Assembly (NCBI GenBank): GCA_013265495.1
Contig: MU057584.1
Location: forward strand, 846,608-910,607
DNA: 64,000 bases
From: Vicugna vicugna
Lineage: Eukaryota
Direction of reading: 5' to 3'
The notes under the pieces: generated by a model
Databases searched by the model: none
What the model saw: only the letters and a program-made list of their open reading frames with translations
What the model was told of the DNA's origin: nothing
In this document: piece by piece, positions 1-12,578 of the stretch
Position numbering within the stretch: the first letter of the stretch is position 1
Layout: each line of letters begins with the position of its first letter
Made by a program: the position numbers and the translations under genes

Positions 1-10
1 AATGTTAGCT

Positions 11-125
11 GAGGAAGAGGGTAGCTCAGTGGTAAAGTACATGCTTAGCATCCACAAGGTCCTGGGTTCAATCCCCAATACCTCCATTAACAAAAAATAA
101 ATAAGTAAATTTTTTAAAAAGAAAG
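11..125 (+). mobile_element. tRNA-derived SINE (camelid Vic-1-like)
   Basis: A-box TAGCTCAGTGG, B-box GGTTCAATCCC, A-rich tail. AATGTTAGCT is repeated on both sides (target-site duplication). Confidence 0.85.
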
Positions 126-644
126 AAATGTTAGCTATTCTGGGAGGGAGGTCAGCACACTGAGCATTTGCACTGGGTCTGAGAGGGAAAAAACCCAGAA
201 ATACACTTTATTTTCTCAGCCACAGGAAGACAACCTCATGAAGCTTTCAGCTCTCACTACTGAGAAAAATGAAGCTTTGAAAGCGCCTTCAAAAGGAAAG
301 CTCCAGGCGCTGACTGCTGCATCTTTTATGGCAACTCACAAAACTTAATAATTGCCATTAATTTTCACATTAGGCACTAGTGTTTTGTTTTGTTTTGTTT
401 TTTGACATGTAATTAACTGTTTCAAAGGTAGATGGAACAACGAAATCACTAAAAGGGTCTGTCTGTGTGCAGAGTAAAGGAGCCCAAGTTTATTTGCACC
501 AGGAAAAAGCTGGCCTTTTTTCTCTTCGGAACTTGAGAATATTGAGTTGAGTGAAAGTAAATAAGGTGTTTATCCTGAGGCATTCTCTTAGCCTTCAAAG
601 GTTAGCTAGTGAGCAATGTTTGTTGATTAAACATTGCTTTATAT

Positions 645-776
645 TGGTTTTTGTGTGTGTGGAGGGGAGATAATTAGGTTTATTTTTTTATTAATTAATG
701 GAGGAACTGGGGATTGAACCTAGGATCTTGTGCATGCCAAGCACACGCTCTACCACTGAACTGCACCCTCCCCCAC
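645..776 (-). mobile_element. tRNA-derived SINE (Vic-1-like)
   Basis: Reverse-complement A/B boxes (GGGATTGAACC...CTACCACTGAACT) and the family tail TAATTAGGTTTATTT. Confidence 0.8.
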
Positions 777-1157
777 CAAACAATGGTTTACATTCTTAAA
801 AAGAACATTCATTTTTAAAATTTGGTGTTCTTCCCTGGGTTTTGCCGCTTTCCTCTCACTGCAGCAGGGATTATTATTGTTACTATTATTAATCATTTTG
901 TTCAGGACACCAAGTTAGCACCCTATATCCGGTCACACCGTTTGCTTTCACTTTTGCTTCCTACAGTACAATCAGGACCTCCTTCCACATTCGCAGACGG
1001 AGCTCAACCCCATTTACCTAAGGGCTCCAAAATATTCCATAGTTTGGATATAAACACATGGGTAGTATTTCCCTTGTAGGGGCCTAGCTGCACTCTGTCC
1101 AAAGCTCTTTATGTTCAGAAGCTTCTGGGCTCCCTTGAGAGATCCTATAAGGCAGTT

Positions 1158-1300
1158 CTTTTCCTTTTCCCTTTTCCTTTTTCCTTTTTCCTTTTTCCTT
1201 TCCTTTCCTTTCCCTTTTTTTTCTTTTCTTTTCTTTTCTTTTCTTTTCTTTTCTTTTCTTTTCTTTTCTTTTCTTTTCTTTTCTTTTCTTTTCTTTCTTT
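1158..1300. repeat. Compound polypyrimidine microsatellite (CCTTTT)n then (TTTTC)n
   Basis: Directly visible tandem repeats. Confidence 0.95.
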
Positions 1301-1708
1301 CGTTCTGTGTGTGTGTAAGAGGAGAAACTCTTAGATTGTGGGTAAGATTTACAGTTCTGGGGAAATTAGAGGCAACGATGGGGGAAAAAAACAGACACCC
1401 AGAGTTTTAAAGGGATAAGGAAGAAAACCAGCACACCGTCTTTTACCATAGCGAGCAAGACAGCAGCAAAAAGATACAAAGTGACATACAGGTGACAAAA
1501 TTGGGGTGACAGAGCCTTCCAGGAAACTGCAGTTGGAAAACACTCTGCGCCCAACTTTACACCTAGCCATTAAGAGCGTGAAGTGGCTGGTGCATCTTGT
1601 CGCATCTTTTCTGTCTAAGGGCCAGGGAAGCTCCCAGGAGTGGAAAGTTACCAGAGAAAACACCGTCTACTGAATCTATCTTGCAAACTTCCTTTTTTCC
1701 CCCCAGAG

Positions 1709-1894
1709 GGGTGCTCCATTCCTGAAAGTACTGCAGTACCAGGTCAATGCGTGGAATGGACGGAACAAGCTCCTATTCCAACTCCCTGCTCCCAAAAGCC
1801 ATTTACTGTATTGTCCTCGGATAGAGGATGTATCAGATAGTAAACTGATAAGAAGATACTACACCTGATCTTAGCCAAAAGGCCGAGAAGAGAT
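1709..1894 (-). pseudogene. RNU2: U2 snRNA pseudogene, full length
   Basis: Minus strand reads ATCTCTTCTCGGCCTTTTGGCTAAGATCAGGTGTAGTATC...GGAATAGGAGCTTG...GACCTGGTACTGCAGTAC...GCACCC. It has many substitutions, a 2-nt deletion after the branch-recognition region, a damaged Sm site (GGCTTTTGG), and a MIR-like remnant instead of a PSE upstream. Confidence 0.93.
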
Positions 1895-2456
1895 TACTTA
1901 TTTTTTTCAAACCATTACACACGGGGAAACGAGACCAGTAGCATTGAGTCACCTGCCCAAGATCACCCAGCTGGCAAGGAGGGGAGACAGCTCCCTCCAT
2001 GGGTCTGCCTGACCCAGTTGGGCTCCTAATACTAAACTGCTGCCTCCCACAGTAAAAAGAGAGCAATTTTTATACCTGCTTTTGTTTTAACATACAGCCA
2101 ATACATAAATACATTTTTCCAAAAAGTCAAGCAGCATAGAGGTAACACAGCCGTAGGGAGGGCACAGAATTACAGATACATTTACCCTTCGGCCTAAAAA
2201 CTCATTCCTGGGGTTCAGGGCAGTGGCGGGAGTATTGCTGGTAACAGCAAAAGCCTGGGACCTACCCAAGTGTCCTCCTGGCCTGGTCCATCTATCTAAG
2301 TATATGGCAGAATACTAGACAGCTGGAAATTAGCGTGGATCCAGACAGCGGGACAGTATTCGATGATAGCAAATGAACCACCAACACATGAAAAGGCATG
2401 GAGAAACCTTATAAGCACATTGCTAAGTGAAAGAAGCCAATCTGAAAAGGCTACCA

Positions 2457-3270
2457 TGAGACAATAGAAAGTATACACCGGTTCCCAGCACAGAGCTCCC
2501 AAACCCTTGTAATTTCCTACATGGTAAGAGTACTAGGAGCATTTTTGTTCCACTGAGGTGTCCCTGGATGGCTCCTGGGTGGGGGCTGATAGCCAGAAAG
2601 TCCAAGCCATGATTAGAAGCTTGAAATTTTCAGCCCCAGACCCCATCCTCCAGAGGAGAGAGGGGGCTGGAAGTAAGAGTTAATAATTGATCATGCCTAC
2701 GTGAGACGCCGCTGTAAAATCCCAACATGACTGCGGGTTTTGGGAAGCTTCCAGGCTGATGAACACATCCACACCGGGAGGGTGACGCAGCCCAACTCCA
2801 CAGGGACAGGAGCTCCTGCACTCGGGACCCTCCCAGACCTCACCCTGTATCTCTTCACCTGGCTATTCATCTCCAACCTTTATCATACCTTTTAATAAGC
2901 TGGTAAACAGAAGTAAATGTTTCCAAATTCTGTGAACCACTCTAGCACAAAATCAAACCTGAGGAAGTGGTCACTGGAAGCTCTGACCTGTGGCCAGCTG
3001 GTCAGAAGCACAGGGATTAGCGGGGCTCGCGCCTGGCGTCTGAGTGTGTGTGCGCGGTGGGGAAGTGCTGTGTGCGGTGGGATCTGATGCTATCTCCGGG
3101 AAGACAGTGTCAGAATTGAGCAGGACACCCAGCTGGCAGAGAACTGCTTGCTGTGGGAAAAAACCTCCACACAGAGGTGAAGGGTTTTGTGTGAGGAGTA
3201 AAGGATATCTCATCACAGGATAAGAAACTGGGTTTTCCCTACACACAAGAACTGTGGATTTTTCTATTTA
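2457..3270 (+). mobile_element. Solo LTR, MER21-like
   Basis: Characteristic segments GGAGCTCCTGCACTCGGGACCCTCCCAGACCTCACCCTG and CCATGATTAGAAGCTTG. Starts with TG and splits the L1M fragment. Confidence 0.65.
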
Positions 3271-3318
3271 AGCTACATACTGCATGATTCCAACTATATG
3301 ATATTCTAGACAAGGCAG

Positions 3319-3449
3319 AGGGGAGGGTATAGCTCAAGTGGCAGAGTGCATACTTGGCATGCACGAGATCCTGGGTTCAATCCCCAGTACCTCCTCTAAA
3401 AAAAATGATAAATAAACCTAATTACCCTCCCCAAAAAAACAATTGAGGG
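3319..3449 (+). mobile_element. tRNA-derived SINE (Vic-1-like)
   Basis: GGGGAGGGTATAGCTCAAGTGG...GGTTCAATCCCCAGTACCTCC. TSD CTAGACAAGGCA at 3306-3317 and 3450-3461. Confidence 0.9.
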
Positions 3450-4424
3450 CTAGACAAGGCAAAACTATGGAGACAGTAAAAAGATCAGAGGTTGCCAGGG
3501 GTTAGAGGGAGAAAGGGATACATAGTGGGGAGCACAGAGGACTTTTTAGGGCAGTGAAACTGTCCTGTAGGATACACTAATTATGGACACATCATACCTT
3601 TGTCAAGACCCACAGCATGTGCAACACAAAGAGTGAACCCTAATGTATGGACTTTGGTTAAAAATAATGACAATATGGTTCACCAATTGTAACAAACGTA
3701 CCACACTAATACAAGATAAAAATAACTGGAGAAACTGTATGCAGGGGGAGGGGGGTATGCAGGAGCTCTGTATTTTGCAATCAACTTTTCTATAAGCTTA
3801 AAATTTCTCTTTAAAAAATCGATTTGTTTTTCTAAATGCAAACACCATATTAGAATATTACATAGCTGTAAAAAAAAATGAGGCGGCTCTCTGTACTGAT
3901 CTAGAACAGACCTCCTCATAATGACACGACAACACAAGGCACAGAACAATATACACACTATCCTCTTGTCTAAGAAGGAAAATTAAGATGTTTTCACATG
4001 TGTTTTCGATTTATAGAAACACTGGAAGGAAACCAAGAAACTAACAACAATGGTTACCTGTAGGGTAAAGGGAGTGGAGTGGGAGGGGAGGGGCAGAAGA
4101 GAGATTTCTCAGCAAAATAATTGCCATTTGTATACAAACCGTATACATACATACAGTATTTAAAAGATATAAAAACAGTATATATTATATTATATTATAC
4201 TGTACTATATTTTATTATATATAAATCACTTCTGATTTTTGAACTGCGTGAGTATGTTACCTATTCTTTAAAAAGAGAAGCTTTAATCATTATATATTCA
4301 GAAGAAAACAGAAGGACAGAGAATAAAAGTCCCCTCCCCTCAGGGGTACCCCCAGTTTATTCACATCTGTATCTGTTCACAAACATGGTTCATTTTCCTT
4401 CCTTTTTTTTAAATTCTTTTAAAC

Positions 4425-4548
4425 TTTTTTCTTGAGGGGTAGGTAATTAGGTTTATTTATTTATTTTTAGATGAGGTACTGGGGATTGAACCCAGGACCT
4501 CATCTATGCTAGGCATGTGCTCTATCACTTGAGCTATACCCTCCCCCT
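4425..4548 (-). mobile_element. tRNA-derived SINE (Vic-1-like)
   Basis: GAGGTACTGGGGATTGAACCCAGGACC...GAGCTATACCCTCCCC. Confidence 0.85.
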
Positions 4549-4754
4549 CCTGCCTTTTATACATAAGTTAAAATATCATGCTTTTTGGTCCTGCAACTTA
4601 TTGCACCGATGGTGCTGGGAAGGCCGGTATCACTGTGGATTTGGGCACACAGGCAGGGATCATCAAAGAGGAGACATTCCTTACGCAGAAATTTCTGCAT
4701 TGAAGAGCGTGTCTATCTTCTGTTTTTACTGTTTGTTTGTTTGGTTGGTTTTGT

Positions 4755-4910
4755 TTTTGTTTTTAAATATTTATGTATTTATTTATCATTTTGGGGGGGA
4801 TAATTAGGTTTACCTATTTATAAATTTATTTAATGGAGGCACTGGGGACTGAACCTAGGACTTTGTGCATGCTAAGCATGCGCTCTACCACTGAGCTATA
4901 TACCCTCCCT
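4755..4910 (-). mobile_element. tRNA-derived SINE (Vic-1-like)
   Basis: Same head and tail as the other copies, reverse orientation. Confidence 0.85.
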
Positions 4911-5848
4911 CCATTTTCTGTTTTAATAGCCAGTCAAGTCTCCTGCCAATCAAACATGCCTATTTCATATTAACCATCTTGATGTACTCACCAAATTAAT
5001 GGGTGAAAAATGGCATCTCATTTTTTAAAAATTTACTTTTTCTGGATAAGCTGAATTATGGCTGATAATTTTTTCATGTGTTTTTGGCAATCCACAAAAG
5101 ACTTTTTAAAATTGGACTACTGTTTTCTTATTGAATTGTAGGAGATTCTTTATAAATGTATAATAGATATCTTTAAATATATTCGTATGAATATAAACAT
5201 TTAAATATAGTTGAACGGTATAAATATAATTTATATATACATATATAAGCCAGACATCTTACGTCTTTGTTATAGATAGCAAGGATTTTCTTAGTTTGAC
5301 ACTCGTCTCTTAATTTTGCTTACAGTATCTCTTACCATATGGCAGTTTTAAATTTTAAATTTTCTCAAATCAGCCAATCTTTTCCTTTATGGCTTCTGGG
5401 GTCTTGCTTTGGAAGACTTTTCCTGCCACAAGATCGTAATAAATACATATACTTTATAAGATTTCTTCTAACACTTTCACTGTAGTTTTTCTTCTTGTGT
5501 CTGTAATTATCAAGATTCAGGTTCGATTACGGGGTGAGGAAGGGCTGTCTTTTTCCATATGGAGAACCAGTCTAATGGTCTTTAGAAAGCTAGACTTGGA
5601 ATTAATTATTCAGCAGGATTTTATGTCTAGCTCCTAAGTGCCTAGTATGGTCCTATAAATTGGCTCTATGACCTGCTTTTGTGCCTACAACCCTACAAGA
5701 AAGATGTGAAGACCCTATTTTACACATAAAGAAACAGGTCCAGTGAGGCACTGCCTGCCCAGGCTCACAGGGAGTTCACGGGAGGTGGGTGGGGGAGGGC
5801 AAATGACTCTCAGGATAGAGCCTGACCTGGGGGAGCAGGCCCATCTCA

Positions 5849-6022
<174 letters not shown>

Positions 6023-6930
6023 TTAACTGACACTCCCTAATCTCTGACTTGGTGCCCAACCTATGCAGGGACCCGGCAGTTATGGGGACAGCCCTGGCTC
6101 TGCCTTCCCGGGATTCAGTCTGATGAGGGGGACAGACCCATGCCCAGAGATGACCCAGAGTGGCTGGGGTGGGGAAGCCAGAGGAGCATCTATCCTGCCT
6201 GGGGGATCAGGGAGAGCTTCCTGGAGGAGCGGACATCTGCACTGGGACCTGAAGGAGGATGAGGAGGGAGGACAGCAAAGGAGAGCAGAAAAGGGAACTG
6301 CAGACACAGGGAACAGTGTGTGCAAAGGAAAGGAGAGGAAAGAGGGCTTGAGTGAATTACAATTACAATTCACTGCTATGGGATGGAGGATGTGAAATCA
6401 AAGGGTGATCACATGGGAGCCTAGAGATGAGACGGGAGAGCTGGGCAGCAGTTGGGTCATGCAGGGGCTCATGGACCATGGAGGGCACTGGGGCACCATG
6501 GAGGGGTTCAGGCATCAGGTGTGTGCTCTACAAGACCCCTCTGGCTGCTGTAAGGATGGAAGGGGTCGAGGCTGGAGGCCATGAGATGAGAGAATAGGCT
6601 GGAGCAGGGATCCAGGCAGGAGAGAAAAGGGCCTGGATCAGGGCCGGGCTGTGAGGATAGAGAGGAGGAAACATCTCAGAAATCTTCACGTGGCGGAGGG
6701 CTGGGACTGACTGAAGCAGGTGTGGGGAAGGAGGGGGTAGGTAATTTTACCCTCCCACCCCCCTGCCAATACAGTTGTCCCCCTCAGATGTAAGAAATTC
6801 CCCATTGAGGTTTCAACCTGCATTTCTCTTTGAAAGGGATTCAACAGTCCACCTGGCAACCAAGAGACCCAAGACTACCCATTTCACAGATGGGGATGGT
6901 GAGGCTGGCGGGGGAATGACCCCTGCTTAC

Positions 6931-7030
6931 CACGTCCACCTGGACGAGCAGGACCCGCAGGGCGAAGCTCTTCCCCAGGCTCTGCAGCCGCTGGTGGATG
7001 TAGTCTGGGTGGAGGTTGTGGTAGCGGAGG
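6931..7030 (-). CDS. ERCC1: ERCC1 exon 5 ([33 protein letters not shown])
   Basis: 100-nt exon, CAG acceptor, GTAAG donor, frame consistent with neighbouring exons. Confidence 0.97.
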
Positions 7031-7839
7031 CTGGGTGGGGGCAGGCAGAGGGAGGGATTGGGCGGTCTTGGTCTCCCCCAGAGTCCAGGAGCCCTTCCTC
7101 CCTCTCAGTGGGATGCAGAGGGCTTGGGGAACTCAGGCAGACAGTCTTGCTGGTGCCTGAGGCTCAGAGAGGTTAAGTGACTTGCCCAAGGTCACCCTTC
7201 AAGGAAGGGGCACAGCAGGGACCGGCAGTGAGGGCCACCTGGCTCTGGCTCCCCAGAAGGTGGACCCTTGGATCCTTCACTGAGGAAGAGTAGACCCTTG
7301 GGTTTCAGGTGGAGAATAGGAGACTAGAAAGTGTATGGGAGGTGTGGGGGGAGCTGCACAGCTGGTCTTGTGAAGCGGGGCCCATCCCTGGAACTGTCTG
7401 CTTTGGCCTCAGAGGGAGCTGGCAGGGAGGGGGTGGGGAAACCCAGGGGTTTGCCCCCTCGGGAACTAAGGGACATCTCTGCCCAGCAGCTGCCAGCTCT
7501 CACACCCTGCAGGGAGGACAGTAACTCAGAAGTTTCACTTCCCCTGTCTGACTCCATCTGGAGAGGGGTTTCCAGCAGATGAGGGAAACTTGTTTAACTG
7601 TGATGAAGGTTAGAGACATCCTGGCTCCAGTTTGGGATATGAGGCCCCCTCCTCCCTCAGACCCTGAGGCACGGGCCCCAGCTCCAGGCACTTCGAGGCC
7701 AAGATCTCTTCCTCTCACACAGGGTCAGACCGAGGCCGAGCCGACAGGGCCATGCCCAGAGGCCTCCCATCTAAAGGTCCAGGACACCGGAGCACACCCC
7801 TCCCAGGCCGTCTTGAGTTGGGGCAGCCCCCAGAGCTCA

Positions 7840-8025
<186 letters not shown>

Positions 8026-8715
8026 TCAGCACCTCCCCGCCCTCCTCCTGCTTCGCACCTGGGGCTTCTCCCGCTGCGCTCTCCTCCTCTGCCCAGATCC
8101 CTCCTCCTCCTCAGCCTGGAGTGTTCTTGGTGCTGGGGCTCTGACCTAGTCACCCCACCAATCCTCAGGCCCTAACTGAAGGGTCCCTGAGTGTCCCTCC
8201 AGCTCAGCCCTCTCCCCCAGCCCCCATCTGTGTGTCCTGTGGTCCCCTGGACACCTGTCCCTGGGTGTCTACCTCACTGCACTCAGCACTGACCCCTATA
8301 CCTGCTTCTGCTCTGGGCCCCAACTCAGGGAACACCCCATCATCCGGAGATCCAGGCCTTGTCCTAGACACTTCCCTCTCCCCCTCCTCCCCGAGGTGGG
8401 ACACCTCCCTTCTAAGCATCGCCCATGAATGCTTCCCTCTTCACTGCCATGGCCCCCACCCCACCTCCTCCTGGTTGCCTGCCCTGGTGGTGTCCCATCC
8501 TGGCCACCCTCCAAACAGTAGCCAGAGGGCTCTTCCTAAAGCACAAACATGACCCTCCCCTGCTCTAAACCCTGCTGTGAATCCCCAGTGCCCTTAGGGG
8601 GAAGCTTCTCACTGTGGCCTGTGACCCTCCATGTCAGACGCCCACCCACAGCCTGGTATCTGCTTAGTAGGCTTCTCTCAGGCTCTACCCTGATAGTCCA
8701 AGACCAAAATTCTTT

Positions 8716-8895
8716 TCTTTTTAATTTTTTTTAAATTGGGGTGGGGAGCTAATTAGGCTTATTTATTTATTTATTCATTCATTCATTCATTCATTCATTC
8801 ATTTATTTAATGGAGGTACTGGGGATTGAACCCAGGACCTCATGTATGCTAAGCATGTGCTCTACCACTGAGGTATACCTCTCCCACTTCCCAAC
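8716..8895 (-). mobile_element. tRNA-derived SINE (Vic-1-like) with (ATTC)n-expanded tail
   Basis: A/B boxes on the minus strand. TSD ACCAAAATTCTTT at 8703-8715 and 8896-8908. Confidence 0.88.
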
Positions 8896-9279
8896 ACCAA
8901 AATTCTTTAAGCAAGTCAAACTCTAATCTATTCAAGAATTTGAGTGCGTCTAAGTGTGTCTAAGTGCTGGGAATATAGCCATGACTAAGAGGACAAAGAT
9001 CCCTGCTCTCCTGGGGGGAAAACAGCCATTAAACAAAAGCATCTCAGGGGTGAAGGTGTAATGACCAAGTGAAGTAGAATTCAGCTCGAAGGCTGTGGGA
9101 TCTGCTCTCGTGGTGGGGTGTGGGGTGGTCAGGGCAGCTGGGGCAGGAAGGGTCTGCAGGGGTCCCCAGATCCACAGGCTCTGGGCCATCTGGACCTGAG
9201 GCACCAGGAGCCAGGGAAGGGCTTTGGGCAACGGAGGGAGGGGCAGGACCCAATTTCAATCTTCAAGGATTATTTTGTC

Positions 9280-10230
9280 CATTTCACACCCACTAGAATG
9301 GCCAAAATCAAAAAGACAATGACAAGTGGTAAAGAGAGGGCGAAAATGGAACCTTCACACACTGCTGGTGGGATGCAGCCTTTTAGAAGACAGTTTGAGA
9401 GTGCCTGCAAAAGTTAAACACAGAGTTACCATATGACCCAGCAAATCTACTCCTGGATAAATACCCAAGGGAAGTGGAAACCTATGTTCACACAAAAACC
9501 TGGACACAAATGTTCACAGCAGCCTTCTCTCACTAACCAAAAAGTATAAACCCAAATGTCCATGAATGGATGAATGAACAAACAGTGGCATGTCTGTACC
9601 ATGGAATACTATGCAGCAACAAAAAGGAATGAATGTGATACGTGGATGAACCTCGAAAGCACTGTGCTAAGTGAAAAAAGCCATCAGGTGCCAAACATTT
9701 GGGTTGTTTCCAATTTTTGGCTATGGTGAGTAATGCTGCTGTGAGCATCTGTGTCCTAGATTCTGCGTGGACGTATAGTCATCCCTCAGAATCCACAGGG
9801 GACTGTTCCAGGACCCCTTCAATATTAAACTTTGCAGATGGCATAGTTTTGCAGATGGCATAGTACAGTTGGCCCTCATTGCAGTGGGCTGACCGGATTT
9901 TCATTCCTCTTGTATAAATACCTAGAGATGGAATCGCTGGGTCGTCACGTAACTCTATATCTAAACGTTTGAGACACTGCCAGACTGTTTTCCAAAGTGG
10001 CTACACCATTTTACCTTCCCACCAGCAGTGTGTGAGGGTTCCAATTCTTCCACGTCCTCCCAAGCCTTGTTACTGTCTGTCCTTTTTTTTTTTTTAATTG
10101 TTGTTTCTTTATCTGTGTCTGTCCTTTTGATTCAAGCCATCCTAGTGGGCGTGAAGTGGTATCTCACTGTGGTTTGGATTTGCATTTCCCTGATGGCAAA
10201 AGGATACTGAGTATCTTTTCATGTTCTTGG
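9280..10230. mobile_element. Old L1M fragments in opposite orientations with a MER2/Tigger remnant at about 9774-9870
   Basis: CCATTTCACACCCACTAGAATGGC on plus versus GTGGTATCTCACTGTGGTTTGGATTTGCATTTCCCTGATG on minus. AGTCATCCCTCAGAATCC...TTCCAGGACCCC resembles the MER2 terminus. Confidence 0.65.
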
Positions 10231-10409
10231 GTCCTATTACCTTTGTAGACCATCCTCTCCCCCTTCCAGAATGCCAGCTCCATCCATGACTAAGACTTTA
10301 TCTGCTATCCCCAGAGCCTAGAACAGCATCAGGTAACCTCTGACCACATATGTGGATTATATGTGGGTGAACCCCCATTTTATGTATTTTATTTATTTAT
10401 TTATTTTAA

Positions 10410-10577
10410 ATTTTTTGTTTGTTTCTTTGGTTTTTTTTGAGGGGGGTGTAATTAAGATAGATTTATTTATTTATTTGTTTGTTTGTTTATTTATTTATTT
10501 AATGGAGGTCCTAGGGATTGAACCCAGGACTGCATGTATGCTAAGCATGCACTCTACCACTGAGCTATACTCTCCCC
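10410..10577 (-). mobile_element. tRNA-derived SINE (Vic-1-like)
   Basis: GGGATTGAACCCAGGAC...CTACCACTGAGCTATAC with a long (TTTA) tail. Confidence 0.85.
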
Positions 10578-10767
10578 TGAACCCCCTAAAATTTTTAAAG
10601 GCACAGATGGGTTAAGTCACTTGCCCAAGATCACACAGCACTGTGTGGCAGAGCAGGATTCAAACTTGGGCCCACGTTCAAAAGTTTTTGAATAAATGGA
10701 CAAAACTGGGGACAGAAAATGTAGCTGCAATGAACAGCCACATCCCCCACAACCAGAAGAGTTGGGG

Positions 10768-11107
10768 TGTTATGAACTGAATAATGTTGCCCCCAAATTC
10801 ATAGGTTAAAATTCTAACCCCCAGTGTGATGATATTAGGAGGTGAGGGGAGGTGATTAGGTCATGAAGGTAGAGGCCTCATAAATCGGATTAGCGTTCTT
10901 TTAAAGGTGACCCCGGAGAGTTCTGTCACCCCTTCCCACGCTGTGAAGACACAGTGAGAAGATGGCTGTGAGCCAGGAAGCAGGTAAGGTCCTTACTAGA
11001 AACCGAATCTTGGACTTCCCAGTCTCCAGAACTGTGAGAAATGAGTGTTTGCTGTTTAAGTCCCAGTCTACGGTATTTTTGTTACAGCAGCCAGAACAGA
11101 CTAAGAC
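10768..11107 (+). mobile_element. MaLR solo LTR (MLT1-like)
   Basis: TGTTATGAACTGAAT...CCCCCAAATTCATA start, GGACTTCCCAGTCTCCAGAACTGTGAGAAAT, and ...GCAGCCAGAACAGACTAAGAC end. Confidence 0.8.
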
Positions 11108-11283
11108 CTGAGGCATCCTAAACCCACACATGGCAGTTGAATGGATGAATGGAGAGATGGCGCTGCTGAGAGCACAGTGTCTAGAACTCAGACCTGCCTT
11201 CCACTGCCCACCAGGATGCCATCCCTACAACTGCGTTTCCCACCAGAAACCCCAAAGCCCCACTTCTCTATCCCCCTCCTCAC

Positions 11284-11499
11284 CTGCCGGGGGCTCACAA
11301 TGATGCTGTTGGATTTTGCTCCTGGTTTGGGAGCTGGGTTGGGGGTCTCTCCTGCCAGAGGTTCTGGCCCCATGGTGTGTGTGGCTCCAGCCCCTCCTGG
11401 AGGTCCTGAGATGGCATACTCAGCATAGGTCTGAGGGGCCGGCTGGGGTGAGATCTCCGTGGTGGGCAGGCTCCGTGTGGATTTGAATAAGGGTTTGGC
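11284..11499 (-). CDS. ERCC1: ERCC1 exon 3 ([10 protein letters not shown]...[10 protein letters not shown]...[11 protein letters not shown])
   Basis: 216-nt exon, CAG/GTGAG boundaries. Confidence 0.97.
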
Positions 11500-12485
11500 C
11501 TGTGGGGAGAGATGTAAGAGGGCACACAAAATCTGGCTCTAGCTACTTCTGCCTCCTCAGCCTCTACCCAGGTCCCAACTACCATCTTCTTTCCTTTGGA
11601 CCACTGCAGTCACCTCCTCACCAATTCCCTGCCTCTGCCTTTACCCTCCACAGTCTGTTCCCTACACTGAGTCGTATCATGTCCCTCCTCTGATCAGAGC
11701 CCGTAGGTGGCTCCTGCCTCAGAGTAAAAGCCAAAGCTGTCACCCTAGCCTTTGAGACTGAAATATCTGTCCCTGCCTCCTTACCTCAAGGACCTCACCT
11801 CCTACCCCTCTCCCCTGGCTTTCTCTATTCCAGCCCCACTGGCCTTCTTGCCGACCTAAAACCTACCAGGTTCTCTCTGACCTCAGGGCCTTTGCACTGG
11901 CTGTTCCCTCTCCCCCCAGATGTCACATAGCTCACTCCTTCACCTCTTTCACATCTCTGCAAAGATATCACCTCCTCTGAGAAGCCTTCCCTTAACTGTC
12001 CTATCTAAGGTAGCTCTTCTCCCCCATCCTTAGCCTACTTTCTTTTTTCTTCACAGCACACAAGTGGCAGCCAGTACTCAGCACTAGCCAGTTGTGTTTC
12101 TGTGGGAAAAAGACCTCACTGTTGCCAGACCCTTTGATTTATCCATAGATGTCAAGAATGCAGACTTTTTTCAACTGCAAGACCTTCCAATTCATTAACA
12201 TCAGCAATAAATTCATGCCTTGCAGAACCAGGGTGCTGGCCACATAAAACATATCAGCTACTCCCTGACTGCCAGTTTCCGGCCTCGGCCTCAGCCCTCC
12301 TAACCACGACATTTTATAGATAACAAAAACTGAGACTTGCAGAAGGCAAAGGACTGTTTTCTCAGAGTAACCCAGGCGCCAACATTTCCTAACCCACGCT
12401 GTGGTCCCACAGGCCCCTTCCTGTCCCCTTTCCTTCCAACAACCCCCACAAGCCTCCCAGCGGTCCCCCAACCTCCTAGTCCTAC

Positions 12486-12578
12486 CCCAGGAGGAGGGCC
12501 CGCATCCTCGTCCAGGGGTATGAGGAATTTCTTTCTTGTGGGAGGGCCAGCGGGCTTCTGCACTCCCTTTTCGTCCAT
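12486..12578 (-). CDS. ERCC1: ERCC1 exon 2, coding part ([31 protein letters not shown]); the exon begins at 12597
   Basis: RKKF.IPLDED N-terminal motif, acceptor TTTTCAG, donor GGG|GTAGGA in phase 0 with exon 3. Confidence 0.93.

Larger units (their letters stand above)
2140..3820 (+). mobile_element. Old L1M 3'-end fragment interrupted by an LTR and a SINE
   Basis: CTAAGTGAAAGAAGCCAATCTGAAAAGGCTAC resumes after the LTR as GCTACATACTGCATGATTCC...AAAACTATGGAGACAGTAAAAAGATCAG. Boundaries approximate. Confidence 0.7.

Noticed and set aside
11..125. tRNA-like sequences with A/B boxes (about 10 copies) as tRNA genes
   Set aside because: They share a non-tRNA tail, A-rich ends and TSDs, so they are SINEs.
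1111..1410. Phe-rich 99-aa ORF
   Set aside because: Translation of the microsatellite.
1709..1894. U2 copy as a functional snRNA gene
   Set aside because: No PSE/DSE upstream, damaged Sm site, an internal deletion and many substitutions.
9829..9866. Short tandem duplication TTTGCAGATGGCATAGT
   Set aside because: Lies inside a decayed DNA-transposon remnant with no sign of function.
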